A stretch of 64,000 bases of DNA from an uncultured Methanosarcinaceae archaeon (GCA_963833425.1 CAWHXP010000008.1:436578-500577), one strand, 5' to 3'; shown: positions 47,730 to 59,660, counted from the first letter of the stretch. Program-made: numbers and translations. The notes: generated from the letters alone by a model not told the origin.

Positions 47730-47820
47730 AAGCGTTTCTTTTTTTGACAAACACAATGGATTCTGTGGGTTAGTTTTAAGTGCTTTGTCAAATGCTTTTA
47801 TTGCTTCATCGGAATCTCCT
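47730..47820 (-). pseudogene. TPR-repeat fragment
   Basis: GDSDEAIKAFDKALKTNPQNP. Confidence 0.5.
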
Positions 47821-48822
47821 TTTTTTGTCATTTATATCTCACCTTCAGATAGTTAGCTGTGGAAATCTTATTTTAATGAAGTACACTTTTTGAGATTGAG
47901 TAGAAAATATATCCTTCAGGTTTTTGTAGAGACTTTTCGGGATTTTCTCCTGTTTTCCCATTTTCTTTTGTACTGATATCATTATTTGCTTTCAGATCAT
48001 TAATTGTCAAGAATGTATTTTGCAAGTGCTAACCCGGATAATCTTCTTACAATCTTCACTAAAGCATATTCCATATTTTACGAATTTATCCACTTGATGG
48101 ACGATATAGTGATTAGTTTGAAAGGATTTGCGTATATATATACTGTATTATATTATTGAGTATAGTACTATGGGTAGTTCTAATCCAATAAAAGAAATCA
48201 AAAGCGCTGTAAAATACTCAAAAAAGAAATAGAACAACATCGATTACCTTAAGGAATGTCATTATTGACCTGGAAATTAGATGACCAACTCATGTGAATT
48301 TTGCCTGAAGAATCCACCTATCAACTTAAAGTTAACAACTATAGAATATTGTTTATATAGTTGATGAGATGATCAATCTGATACCTAAAGCGGATTTTTC
48401 CCGAACTGTTGTCTCCATTTTCACGACTATGGTGCAGGATTCTCACTACTTCAGGTACGGATACCTATATTAGATATATTTGATTATATTCTATTTCAAA
48501 AATTAGGCAGCGTGCATAATTTTCTGTACAATCTGCCCTATACCCTTTAATCTTTTGTTTTGATTACTGTTCAATTATATCCATGGCAGCATAAGGAAAT
48601 ATGTTTTGTAAGTCATTTATATTCAATATGTGATTGCTAAATACACAGTTTTTGTATTAAAATCTCTGAATCCCTTAAGTCCCATCTGAAATAAGGAAGT
48701 ATCGTTGGTATATGACTCATGGAGCCCGTGGGACGGATAGACGAACATAGTCTCGCTTTAATACTGGTGCTGAATTCACTGCGGGAAGTACCTAGCTTAT
48801 AGTACGGCTCTTTATAAACTCA

Positions 48823-49700
48823 CTATTCGATGCGAATTCCCAGTGCATAAGCCTGTGATAATGCTCGGATCTGGGTCTATGACGTCCTTAGATGCAGCTC
48901 TGAAGCTCTGAGCTTGTGAGGTTAGAGGGCTCTAATTTCCAAAGAAAATTTCCCCAATAATTCCAACGAACTTCACCTCCACCACCCACCAAGGCGAAGC
49001 CGGGCTTTACTAAAGCGACAGTTCCTGGATGGGGTGTTTGGTTAGAATCGGCTTTGGTGATGGCTAAGTGACTGTGCCGATTACAATATCTTTTTTGATA
49101 CATATAGGAAATATCTGAAGATTTTAAGGGTCTGAGATACCGTGATCCTAAGAACAAGCCATCCAAGAAAACTCTGTTATAGGGAAGGAAGCTGTTCCAA
49201 GGTTCCCATCACCATGCCAGTCTACCCTGAATCCCCCACCAACTAATACAAAATCATCAGATGGAACACCAGTTTCAGCTTCAGAGTGTGACGCCACTCC
49301 GCTGGCATCCGTACTGAAGTGCATTGAATCTAGCAACTGCTTCCTACCCATTTCCTTAATCTTTCTTCCGATTACATAGGTGATTAGTTCGTGTGGATGA
49401 GGTACCAGCGGTCTTTAGAACTAACAACCCATCCTGCTAGATCATTGTTCGGATAAGAGGCAGTCAATAATGCTCTATAAGGAGATTGATCAATAGTTTT
49501 GCTACCACCGCCGATAGCTAGCATATCATCGTCACCGACTAATATTTTTTTATCTATCAAATACTCTTTCGGAGGACTAGATATGTGCGAGAATAAAGAC
49601 ATGGTGAATAATCCTGAAGTGTCATTAAATGTAATGTTGTAAGTTCCTGCTGAGCTCTGCTGAATCCCTAGTTCTGTTGTAGTGATCTCGCGCTTATTCT
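48823..49700 (-). pseudogene. Protein with three internal GGG...S.P...SKD repeats, disrupted
   Basis: ORF pieces 49384-49602, 49148-49351 and 48888-49166 each hold one repeat; the last frame ends SKDVIDPDPSIIT..ALGIRIE*. Confidence 0.7.
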
Positions 49701-50237
49701 ACCTATATTTCTTAAAATTAGTATTTTTCGCCTATCCCTCTTTATGTAAGGCGCTATATAAAATAGTAACATATTTATAAATATAACCCTATTTTAAAGT
49801 TCACATTGCCTATACTTACAAAGAAGATAAATTTTGATCTTTTTATCATTGATATTTTTTGCAATCCCGTCAAATTTGGTAGAAGCATATTTTTCACTCA
49901 TAAATGATTATTTCTTCGATCAGAAAAATGGAATTCACAATCCCATTACTAATTTTTAAACCTTGCATTGGTAAAGGAAGCTTTTCTTCAATTTGGTGTT
50001 AAACGCTTTGATAGAACTTATTCCTTACAAACACTCTCTTGCAAGTATACTGGTATATTCCTATTTACAATGGAATGATAGAGTTTATAGACACATAGGT
50101 GAAAATCAATTTCTTCATGTTTTTGTGCAGATTGGAAATAATTATCAAATTGAATAAAGAATTTTAAAATAATAAAAAAATTATTATAAATATTTAATTG
50201 TTTTTTTCTGATTGTGAAACATTTTATGTGATTTTAT

Positions 50238-50280
50238 TTTTTGTTTAGAAACTATTTTTCGTGTAATTAATTTAAAATAA
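50238..50280 (+). promoter_or_regulatory. Repeated upstream motif, copy e
   Basis: TTTTTGTTTAGAAACTATTTTTCGTGTAATTAATTTAAAATAA; 50165-50285 aligns with 13385-13495. Confidence 0.55.
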
Positions 50281-50401
50281 TTTTGCAATTTTTGTAAATA
50301 AGTGCGAAATATATGCTGAAACAATAAGTTAGTAAATAAAAAAGGTATCCTTAATCTTCTATCAGAAAAATATATTTATATAGATAACTTAGGGAAATGA
50401 A

Positions 50402-50992
50402 ATGAAAGTTCTTTATGTTTAAGCAAATCCTGAACCTAAATCATTTAACTCTACACTAAAAGATATAGCTCTTGATACACTGAAAGAAATAGGACATGAG
50501 ATAATACTTTCCAGAACGAAAAAATTTGGAGGTGTTTAAACCTTTCTTAGAAGCTATAAAGGCATCAAAGCAAGGAACTTTCGCTCCGGACATTAAGGAA
50601 GAGATGGAAAAAGTGAAATGGGCGAATCTGCTAATTTTTCAGTTCCCGATTTACTACACAGCCGTGCCAGCGATTATGAAAGGCTGGATAGACCGCATTC
50701 TGGCTCCAGGATTCGGTTTTAATCCTATCACTAACAGTATCTATGATACCGGCCTTTTAAAAGGCAAATACGCAATGCTTGTTACACCACCGGATCTCCA
50801 AAAAATATGTATTCCGAAGAAGGAGCACATGGAGACCTTAACAGACATCTAGAATCATTAACTCACTGCGTATTTGAAGACATAGGATTGAAAGTTCTTC
50901 CTTCTTACATAATTTACGAAGCAAGCAATATGTTAAAAGAAAGAGGGACTAAAGAACTGGAAAATTGCAAGACACACCTGCTTCAATTTTGA
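50402..50992 (+). pseudogene. Flavodoxin-fold NAD(P)H:quinone oxidoreductase, disrupted
   Basis: MKVLYV*ANPEPKSFN..., WANLLIFQFPIYYTAVPAIMKGWIDRILAPGF; stop, deletion and frameshift. Confidence 0.88.
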
Positions 50993-51127
50993 CTTTGGGA
51001 AAGAAAGCTTGGAAACACATCATCACAAATGGATAGGATAAACTAGGAAAATTCAAAAACCTATTGCAAGGGTTGAGATTAAGCCATTTATTAACCGATG
51101 GTGAAAGGCGTATATCTGTTAAAATCC

Positions 51128-51305
51128 ATGAGATCAGGACCACATATTTTTGTGCTAATTAGTTTAAGTTAGTACTACTTAGACAACATACAATAATTAT
51201 ATAATTAATTGAATCTAGTTTTAATTTATAGATTTTCTGCGACTATCAAGTAGATCTGCCATCTAGCTGCAGGTATTTCTTCACCTGCAGCACACAAGAT
51301 AAATT
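51128..51305. repeat. Dispersed ~175-bp element, copy A
   Basis: AGATCAGGACC...CTAATTAGTTTAAGTTAGTA...AAGTAGA...GCTGCAGG-N10-CCTGCAGC-ACACAAGAT. Confidence 0.6.
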
Positions 51306-51327
51306 TTTAGATGCCCACTCATTCATA

Positions 51328-51627
51328 TTAGGCGCCTTCGGGAGTACTTGGTGATCTTCGACGATTTAATATCACAATGTCACCGATATTAATGCCAGTG
51401 GGTGGCTCACTAAATACAGGAACGCCATCGCTACAATAAGTAGGAGCTTCATCGGGATTAATATGATAGGGCTGGCTACTCTCATAGTAGGTATGATAGT
51501 TATCGCCGGCATTGCCCGATAATACAGCTGTCAAAGTACTACTAAAAGGATTGCAAGCGAAATAGTTAGTACCTTTTTTTATTTTACTAGATAATTGCAT
51601 GTTCATTATTTTCAACAGCGTATACAC
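51328..51627 (-). CDS. Hypothetical protein or gene fragment
   Basis: 99-codon ORF, GC-richer than its flanks; family not recognised; an IS5-like end lies at about 51647. Confidence 0.3.
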   Translation of the reverse strand: MYTLLKIMNMQLSSKIKKGTNYFACNPFSSTLTAVLSGNAGDNYHTYYESSQPYHINPDEAPTYCSDGVPVFSEPPTGINIGDIVILNRRRSPSTPEGA

Positions 51628-51714
51628 ATGATTTAGTTTTATTTTAGAGAATTTCGATAACCCCTAATTCTTGACTGATGCATGCATATCTCTAGAGTAA
51701 TTATTTGAAATTAT

Positions 51715-52210
51715 TTATGAAAATTTAAAACGTTTATACTCCTCAACATCTTCAAGGTCCTTTTGTATAAACCGGTAATCGTTGTAAATAAGGTGCTAGA
51801 GGTCGAACGTTTCAGATATCCATTCTGTATCCACAAGATATTGGTCCGACTAGATGAACACAGGAACCTGGTACTTTTCAGCAAGCTCAAAAGCTTTATT
51901 GGTTAAGTAAAAAATCTGTTTTGGATTTCCGGACTCAAAAATTACTCTAGGAAACTCTCCATGTACTGCATGAAGAATAAAAAGCAAGTCTGCCTGCTCC
52001 GTACGTTTCGGCAAACCGGTTGCAGGTCCAGGACGCTGCATTTCTGCAATCACAATAAGAGTTTTGGTAATCCCTGCCAGAGAAAGACCTTCTACCATCA
52101 GAGCAAATCCTCCGGCTGAAGTTCCGATTATTGCTCTTACGCCTGCAAAAGCGTGTTCCGCGTTAACCAGTTCACAATATTGTTTTGTTGGCTCTTCCCA
52201 ATCCATATCC
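51715..52210 (-). pseudogene. korA: Internal fragment of 2-oxoacid:ferredoxin oxidoreductase alpha subunit
   Basis: TSAGGFALMVEGLSLAG, QRPGPATGLPKRTEQADL, HGEFPR and AFELAEKYQVPV motifs; both termini missing, in-frame TAGs. Confidence 0.85.
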
Positions 52211-52784
52211 TTTGCGAGGAGGGAAACTTCCTTGCATAGGAGTCTATACTTTACCCTGCCTTCGATGAAAATCCTCGTAAAGTAGCTAACCGCAAGAACA
52301 TAATTAAGAACTGATCCAGAATAGGAAAGATCAATGTTATCTGTATATGAATTATCTTTTTTTTCAATCCAATCAATATTTAGCCTAGTGATACTATCTG
52401 CTATTCGTCGTTGGCTAAGATTAGTTAAACTTTTGTTTCTAATGTGATCTTTAACCCAGCCCGCTATACAACATGCCAGATAATGATCATATTGATTCAG
52501 GATCTTTCCAACGTTTAAAATGAATGTTTAGGGCAAATATTTCAGCGTAGATTTTGCCACATCGTCCATAAATATAGAATAAATCAGTGTTGATGCAGAC
52601 TGTTTTTAAATGTTTAGTATAAATTGTTTCGATAATATCACTATATGATTCTGAAAAAAAAGTATTATATTCTTCATTCATGTTCTCATTAGTTTTATGT
52701 GGGTATTTTAAGTTATATAAGTATGTTGTTCTTTAATTAATTTTTTGAGATAAAAAGATTGTGTTTGTGGATTAACTATATAGC

Positions 52785-52824
52785 TTTTATTCCGAAACAA
52801 TTTTGTATCATCAATTAAAAATAA
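52785..52824 (+). promoter_or_regulatory. Repeated upstream motif, copy f
   Basis: TTTTATTCCGAAACAATTTTGTATCATCAATTAAAAATAA upstream of the paralog pseudogene. Confidence 0.55.
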
Positions 52825-52975
52825 TATGGGAAATAATAACCATCCGGTTGCAATAAATCGCTTATATAAACTTTACAAACAATTTTTAGAAATAAGATAT
52901 CAAAATATACTAATATTTTGTCCACTGTTAAAGTATAAAGTCAAAAAATATTATCAATGAAAGAGATCTTTAAAC

Positions 52976-53200
52976 TTGTGCGAAGGGCATTCTATGGTGG
53001 GAAAGAGGTCTATATGGAGATCGTTATGGTTGATATATGTGAGCTTCTGACTGCAGAACAGAAGAAAAAAGTTGCAGTAATGAGAATGGATGAATTCATA
53101 CAAATTTTAGAAATAAATATATAAGGTATGAAGAACTGATTTAGCTAAAAAAAGAAGCTATCGCTATATTAAAAAAGTTCAAGAAATGCTCAAAAAATAA
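52976..53200 (+). pseudogene. Decayed paralog of the 74-aa protein at 12884-13108
   Basis: CEGHSMVGK...ELLTAEQKKKVAVMRMDEFIQILEINI* with frameshifts; the leader is also homologous. Confidence 0.85.
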
Positions 53201-53555
53201 AAATAAAATTAACAGAATATGATAATAGAATTGTGTCCTGCCCAAATTATATCAAATAACGAATTCCTCCAACTATTAATATAGCCTTCAAAAGCTAAAT
53301 TTTTTCCGGATAAATATAGCAATTTTTTGGCTCTTTAAAATAACATATATTTATTAAAAACAATGCGTTCCCTCCACAATTATATAGAAATGCATTACTT
53401 CGGCTTAAAAATGAGAAACCTCATCGATTTTGATACAAAATCGGTGCATCTCAAGGTTAAAATAATTCAACTTTTAAACCAAAACTATAATCGCTATTCA
53501 ATAATTTTATTATGAAATCAAAATACTCATAGTACTGATTACAGGTTACAAATTT

Positions 53556-53859
53556 TTACATTCCCCGTGTTGCTCGGTCTCCTGCCTGATCTGCTTCTTT
53601 TTGGCAAACATATGCACCAGTCTTGGTGTTCCCGTACCCACGTTGACCTTTGTAATGATAGATGCCTGTTCGAAGATTAAGCCAAACAACAGTATCTGTT
53701 GGACAATGCGATTTGGCTGCTTGCTCTGTGCTGAATTGTTGTAGTCCGTTGCTGCTGTGATGGGGTGCTTCCGCACTTATTGCCGAAGCTGTTACCGTTG
53801 CCAGGCCATTAACAGCAAAACAGCGATTATTTTATGAATTTGTTTTGCTATAGAGCCAT
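53556..53859 (-). pseudogene. Small secreted Cys-containing protein; two apparent 1-nt deletions in the signal peptide
   Basis: Frame differs from the ORF track: ...IIAVLLLMA/ATVTASAISAEAPHHSSNGLQQFSTEQAAKSHCPTDTVVWLNLRTGIYHYKGQRGYGNTKTGAYVCQKEADQAGDRATRGM*; AAGGA RBS. Confidence 0.75.
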
Positions 53860-54077
53860 TATTCCTTATTTTTAACTTTTTGGGAGACAAAGTTTTGCAC
53901 AAAATTCGTTAGCTCTTTATAAATGAATTTAATTGGCATGCAATATTTCATGGGGGGAAAAATTGTAGCATTTGGGAGGTTACTTGGATAGTTACGAAAA
54001 TGTGCTATTTCAAATATTTTATACCGAGACTAAATTCTATTGTCGTTTCTCTGTCGAACGTTTGCTACTTCCCAGTA

Positions 54078-54118
54078 TTATTTTTAATTAATGATACAAA
54101 AATAGTTTCTGAATCAAA
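54078..54118 (-). promoter_or_regulatory. Repeated upstream motif, copy g
   Basis: Minus strand TTTGATTCAGAAACTATTTTTGTATCATTAATTAAAAATAA; 54065-54195 aligns with 13250-13380. Confidence 0.55.
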
Positions 54119-54692
54119 TTTACTTTCCAATAAAATATTTTAAAGTAAAAAAAATAATTATATACTGATAATATCTTGATATTTCCCAAAGTCTTCAGAT
54201 TTTAACATTAGATTTCTCTAAAAAACAATATGGAGTGATTTAACAAACTCTCTGCAATTTTGAGTGAAAAATTATATGCCCACTTCCCAAATTGAGATGT
54301 AATCTGCATAAAATTCTAATAAATTTATTGTGAAATATCAAGTTTTTATCGATGGCAATCTCTTTAGAATATCACTTTTCAACTCAATAATTATTTCCAA
54401 TCTGCACAAAAACGTGAAGAAACAAATTTTCACTCAAGTGTCTGTAAACTCGATCATTCCGCAAGAGTAGAGAAATATACAAATTTATACCGATCACATC
54501 AATAAATGCAAAAAAAGTCTTTAAAACACATAGGTAAAATAAATAAACCCACTTGATATCTAGTTTATCACTAACTATGCAGAGTATAACATCAGTTATA
54601 GGCATATGATGAAAATCAGGAGTTTTTATTGAAATTTCCTATAACATAAAAGGATTTAAATAAAAATAACCGGAATACTGGATTGAGAGAAA

Positions 54693-55181
54693 ATGAATAC
54701 AACCAAGCAAAAGGCAATCGTATCACTCATTGTCGTTATTCTAACAGCATTTATACCCTTAGGAGCAGCAGCTCCTGTAGGGATATCAGAATCTGCAGTA
54801 GTGGAAGCTGCAAAAAATTGGATTGGAATTGAATCGGTGCACGGTGGCAATAATAGCTCAGGCATTGATTGTTCTCACCTAATATATCAAGTATACAATC
54901 AAGTCGGAGTCAAAGATATAATCTTCCAAACTGTGCCTGATATGAAAAATAATGCATATTATGTTAAAATAAGATCTCCCACTCCTGGAGACATAATCTT
55001 TTGGGAAAAGGATGTCACTAAGAACAACAAAAAATATTGGCTTTCCGTTCATGCTGGAATATACATAGGAAACGAGCAATTTGTACACACATCTTTTGAC
55101 ACAAAAAAAGTTGCCATAGATATTATCAGTGGTCCATATCAAGATGGAATGCCATACTTTGTAAAATGGTCACATGCTTAA
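54693..55181 (+). CDS. Secreted NlpC/P60 (C40) cysteine peptidase
   Basis: Signal peptide ending AAA; GIDCSHLIYQVY (Cys), PGDIIFW and HAGIYIGNEQFVHTS (His, His). Confidence 0.92.
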   Translation: MNTTKQKAIVSLIVVILTAFIPLGAAAPVGISESAVVEAAKNWIGIESVHGGNNSSGIDCSHLIYQVYNQVGVKDIIFQTVPDMKNNAYYVKIRSPTPGDIIFWEKDVTKNNKKYWLSVHAGIYIGNEQFVHTSFDTKKVAIDIISGPYQDGMPYFVKWSHA

Positions 55182-55295
55182 GAGGATTTCGATTTACTTC
55201 TTATTTTTTTTCTTCGCAAAAATCGCATCCAAATCTTTCCCGCGAATTTTTGTATTTGACCTTATTTTTTCTTTTCCAGTTTGAAATTCTTTAAT
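55182..55295 (-). mobile_element. Degenerate IS5 right-end relic at the NlpC/P60 stop codon
   Basis: TTAA|GAGGATTTCGATTTACTTC... loosely aligns with 1486-1600. Confidence 0.5.
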
Positions 55296-55296
55296 T

Positions 55297-56043
55297 TCAA
55301 CAATGACTCCCTCTAACTTGTTCTGAGACTTTAGCAGTGTTTGTTGCTGTGTCAATTACACAAACATTGTTGCCCCAATTTGTAAGATATCTACTTTTTC
55401 CATTTGGTGTGACTGCAACTCCACCAGAGATATTTTCCGGCACGATTGCGGCTGTAACAGTATTAATTTTTGTATTAATTACAGAGACAGTATTGTTGCC
55501 AGTGTTCGCTACGTACACTTTCGTTCTATCCTGGCTGACTGCAACTCCATAGGATAATTCCCATAATTGTCAAGATCTACATGCACTATGCCTGTTTCAG
55601 TATCTGTGACTGTATCAATTACAGCGACAGTTTTGTCAGAATCGTTTGTCACATATACCCTTGTTCCATCTGGGTTGACCGCAACTCATGTGGGATAATC
55701 TCTTACAGACACTATGGATGTAACTTGTTTGTGAATGTGTTAATTATATATACTGCCGAGTGTGGATCCATATGGTTTGCCACATAAACCTTTGTTCCAT
55801 CTAATGTGGCTGTAACGCCAGCAGGCCCTGCTCCTATTCCAGAGGTTGGGATTCTACAGTTGCTGTTGCTATAGCAGTGCTAGTTGCTGCGTCAATAACA
55901 GAAACCTTGTTGCTACAAGAGTCAGCAATATATGAAAAGGGTGCTGCACCTGCGATACTTACCAGCACTAAAATTATGGCTATTGAGACTCAGGCTGTTG
56001 AACATAATTTGTGTTTATTGATCATACATTTCAACGCCTTCAC
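55297..56043 (-). pseudogene. YVTN beta-propeller surface protein, disrupted
   Basis: Signal peptide ...VSIAGAAPFSYI, repeats GTKVYVAN / NTVSVINT / GVAVTPNG with stops and frameshifts. Confidence 0.88.
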
Positions 56044-57729
56044 CAATGTCATTAAGCAGAAAACTCGAAAACCATTACTTCTGATGGGAATAGATAAAAA
56101 TATAATTAGGCGAAAATACAGAATAAATTGATAAACATCAATCTTTGAAGGACAAATTACTTAGCTAATAAAAATAAACAGTTGTTCATTATGTCTAATC
56201 TTACTGCTGAATAAATTTCAAAAACAAAGGACAATTTGCGATTGATTAGCTTATTTTATTTTTTTCAGGTGAGTAACCATCATTTTATAAATAATAATTA
56301 ATCTAAAAAAATTCATATCTACAAATAATTTCTTTCCAATAGAAAAAACAAATGAAGAGCCCTGAACATCGATAATCAAAAGGTTCAAGTTAGATTAGAT
56401 TCTTTTACTTCATTCTCTCAGGTTAGATGATATCGATAATTTTTTCCCCATTTGATCTAAAAAATCGGTTATTTTCAGCCCACACTATTTATATTTTTAC
56501 ATGAAAATTTCCTTGGAATAATGATCTTTCATTCCGGAATGCTGTCGTTGTGTTCTATGGTGTCAAGATTACTTATTCTGATAATAATTAGTTAAAGTTA
56601 TTGCTACTTAGAATATATGCAAAGAAACATGGAGCAAACAGAATAAACAGTAAGATTTATCCAGCTATGGCTATTTCGGAAGCTATAGATGACAAAATTT
56701 AGACTTTCTAGAATCCGAATGTCAAAATATCAACACCGGGATTTCTGAAAAAAGATATGTGCATATATCTTCACTGGCTTTATAACGTGTAGATTTCTTA
56801 TTTTCATCATTTTTTTCTGCATTTACAAGCCTATTAGCAGAATCAAATAGGTGATCCGTTTAAGGTGTGTAGACTTAAGTTTGGAGGCAAATTGAAAAAA
56901 TTCTTGAATAGTAATTTTTGCGGTGGAACTTTGGTAGTTCAAATATTATATAGGAACCCAATTTTGGTATTTTTGAGTATTACATAGCTCATTTTTTTTT
57001 TGTGTTGCTAAATCATGCTGTGAAGATAAACAAATTTTGAAAATGTTCTTGCACTAAATTTAAAACTAGCCAAGAAGCTCGTTCTATAACTGATTTTTCA
57101 CCTTATTATTTCTCTTTCACATCCTTTGCAAATTATATCTCCTGTATTTTTAGGATTTTTAATGCAGACCCCTCCATTTTTGCATGGAACTATGAGTTTT
57201 GTTCTAGCATTCACCAGGTTGCTTTTATTTCTCTTTTTTTTTATCATCGCTTCCTCTATTCTAATTCGTTAATTTATTCTGCAAAATGTTTAAGCCTTAC
57301 CAAATTCTACAAATTTCTCATGATATAACACATTCGGATATTGCTGGACTAATTTTAGAATCTATCAATAAATTATTTGACCATCAAATATTTTGATACT
57401 TTGTTCACCTCTTTTTCTTATTGATGTCACAGCATAACAACAGTTTTATTAACACCACTTTCTAAAGACTTAGTATTTAAAATAATGTTTCATATAGTCA
57501 TATAGCTACAATACCTCTCTCACTAGCTCTGTAACATGATTTCATTGACAAAAGTAATTCTATTTATTGGATACCTAGTACTCTGCTATCAAATTTTAAG
57601 ACAAAATCAGATATTTTTCTCAATTTCAAATTTATTAATATTCATAAAAAGATTTTTAGAAATATCAAAATGTAATTTAAATTGTTAGTTATATTTAATA
57701 GGTTATGACACTGAAAATTCTCCGTATGC

Positions 57730-57808
57730 TACAGTACCGTGCCTGTTGGATCCTGTCCTTATGGAGCTGCAATCACACCAAAAGGAACAAGTGTACATGC
57801 TGCGATTA
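57730..57808 (+). pseudogene. Isolated YVTN blade fragment
   Basis: TVPVGSCPYGAAITPKGTSVH. Confidence 0.5.
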
Positions 57809-58071
57809 AAAAGATGAAAAATGGTTTTATTTCTATTTCCATTAAATGGATATTAAAGCCGAAATAACAAACTTAGATCCTGGATTCCGGTAGTTCGCAA
57901 TTTATAAAAGAGCAAAACATCCATACCGTTACAAGTGGAGTCAGGAAAAACTGACTTCATTCTCGCTTTATTGGAACTTGTCGAGGTCCATATTTTTTAT
58001 TTGGGTATCCAAAATTTTTTCACTTTTAAGTCCACAAAAGTTTGCTACGAATACCGATGCATGACATAAGG

Positions 58072-58240
58072 CAGCTCAAAGATCAAAACTACACTATTTG
58101 GTCGCTGATTAGTTTAAGTCAGTATTATATATTCAAAAAATATATATTAAATTAAATTTAATTATTATTTGTCTTTCACCCCATGAAGTAGACATTCGAT
58201 CGGGCTGTAGGCATATCCCCCCTGCAGCTCACAGATCAAT
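58072..58240. repeat. Dispersed ~175-bp element, copy B (its 5' part recurs at about 58359-58450)
   Basis: CTCAAAGATCAAAAC...CTGATTAGTTTAAGTCAGTA...AAGTAGA...GCTGTAGG-N9-CCTGCAGC-TCACAGATCA. Confidence 0.6.
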
Positions 58241-59051
58241 TTTTTGATATTAAAATCAGCCCGGTTATCTAGGCTAATAAACTAAAATAGAAAAAATATA
58301 ATTTTGGAATTTGAGCATATAATCGACCAATATCATATTTTTATTGCATATATATCTGCAAAAGTTTGCTGTGGATACTGTACAAAGACATAAAGTAACC
58401 CAAAGATCAGGACCAGCAACGTTAAAACTAATTAGTTTAAGCTAGTGCTAATATATGTAACAAAATAAATGACTACAATTTTATAGTTTCCCAGTATCTT
58501 CAATTGGATTATCAGATGGAAAACGCAATAACAGTGGATGCTTATGACGTGTCTGGTAAAAAATTAATAGAAGGAGTTATACCGATCAATTCGGTCCGCG
58601 ACCTGATAAGATTCCTATCACGCATAGAGATCCGCGAAAATTGCACCTAAATATAAAATAAATCTGAATGATTTTAATCCCAACAATACTTTTTTAATAA
58701 AATACAAATTACCTGACAATAATTGAATGATCTAGTAACTTTTTAGACATAACTCGAATCCGCCTTTATTCAGAGATGATATCTAGAATTAAACCATTAC
58801 GAAAAATTATTTTTTGATTACTACTATATAAATTCTTTATTTAAAGAAAAAAAATTTATATTTTAAATTGCTAATCAAGAAACTCTTTGTAGACAGTCTG
58901 AATGCAAAACGATTAGAACAGTGTGAAGCTCACGTAATTCATTCAAAAAAAACATGTGCTTAAAACACCAAACTATTTAGATCGTAATACTTATGATCAA
59001 TCTGCGAGTATTTTTTGCAGCTTAAGTGATTTAGTCCTAAGGAGAACTTAT

Positions 59052-59528
59052 ATGAGAAAATATATTTTATCGATGGCTTTAGTGGTTTTACTTTTAATGC
59101 CAGCAGTTTTAGCATCAGGCAATGTTAAGATTAATGATTTTTCTGCCAACGTTACTAATGGGACTATTCCATTACATACAAGATTTACTGGTGATGTCAC
59201 AGGTTACGTTAATACTTGGCGTTGGATATTTGAAAACATAGAAACCGGAGCTACTACTTATAGTGGTTCAAAAATAACTACTCATCATAATTTTGGAAAA
59301 CCTGGAACTTATAACATTACATTGAAAGTATGGGGGCCTGATGGCAATGATACACTTATCAAGCCAGCATATATAGCTGCCATGGCAGTAAACACAAATA
59401 CAAGATATAAGGCTACAGTTTCTTCATCAACAAGTTCCAAAGCTAAATTGAGTGGTCACAAAGCTAAAGTTTCTTTAAGTAAACATAAACACAAACACCA
59501 AATCAAACATCATGAAGCAGAAGAATAA
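59052..59528 (+). CDS. Secreted PKD-domain protein with a basic/His-rich tail
   Basis: AAGGAG RBS; signal peptide; FSANVTNGTIPL..F, WRWIF and H.FGKPGTYNITLKV PKD motifs. Confidence 0.88.
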   Translation: MRKYILSMALVVLLLMPAVLASGNVKINDFSANVTNGTIPLHTRFTGDVTGYVNTWRWIFENIETGATTYSGSKITTHHNFGKPGTYNITLKVWGPDGNDTLIKPAYIAAMAVNTNTRYKATVSSSTSSKAKLSGHKAKVSLSKHKHKHQIKHHEAEE

Positions 59529-59660
59529 ACGATCATAAAGTTGTTTAAGGCATTTTCTTGAGTAGGGGAGAGGTTTTATGGAATAATCGAAAAAAAACCT
59601 AATTAATGGACTGAGATAGAGTCATTTATTGATTGGGGAGAGGAGCATGTCTGTTACAAT

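Noticed and set aside
49148..51852. In-frame TAG codons as pyrrolysine readthrough (49148, 51850, also IS5 copies 1 and 3)
   Set aside because: They sit in genes that also have frameshifts or truncations and appear to replace ordinary residues (for example the K of SKD). TAG also serves as a normal stop here (28834, 32278, 62911).
53546..53776. 76-aa ORF from the track
   Set aside because: Wrong frame; the overlapping frame gives a coherent secreted protein.
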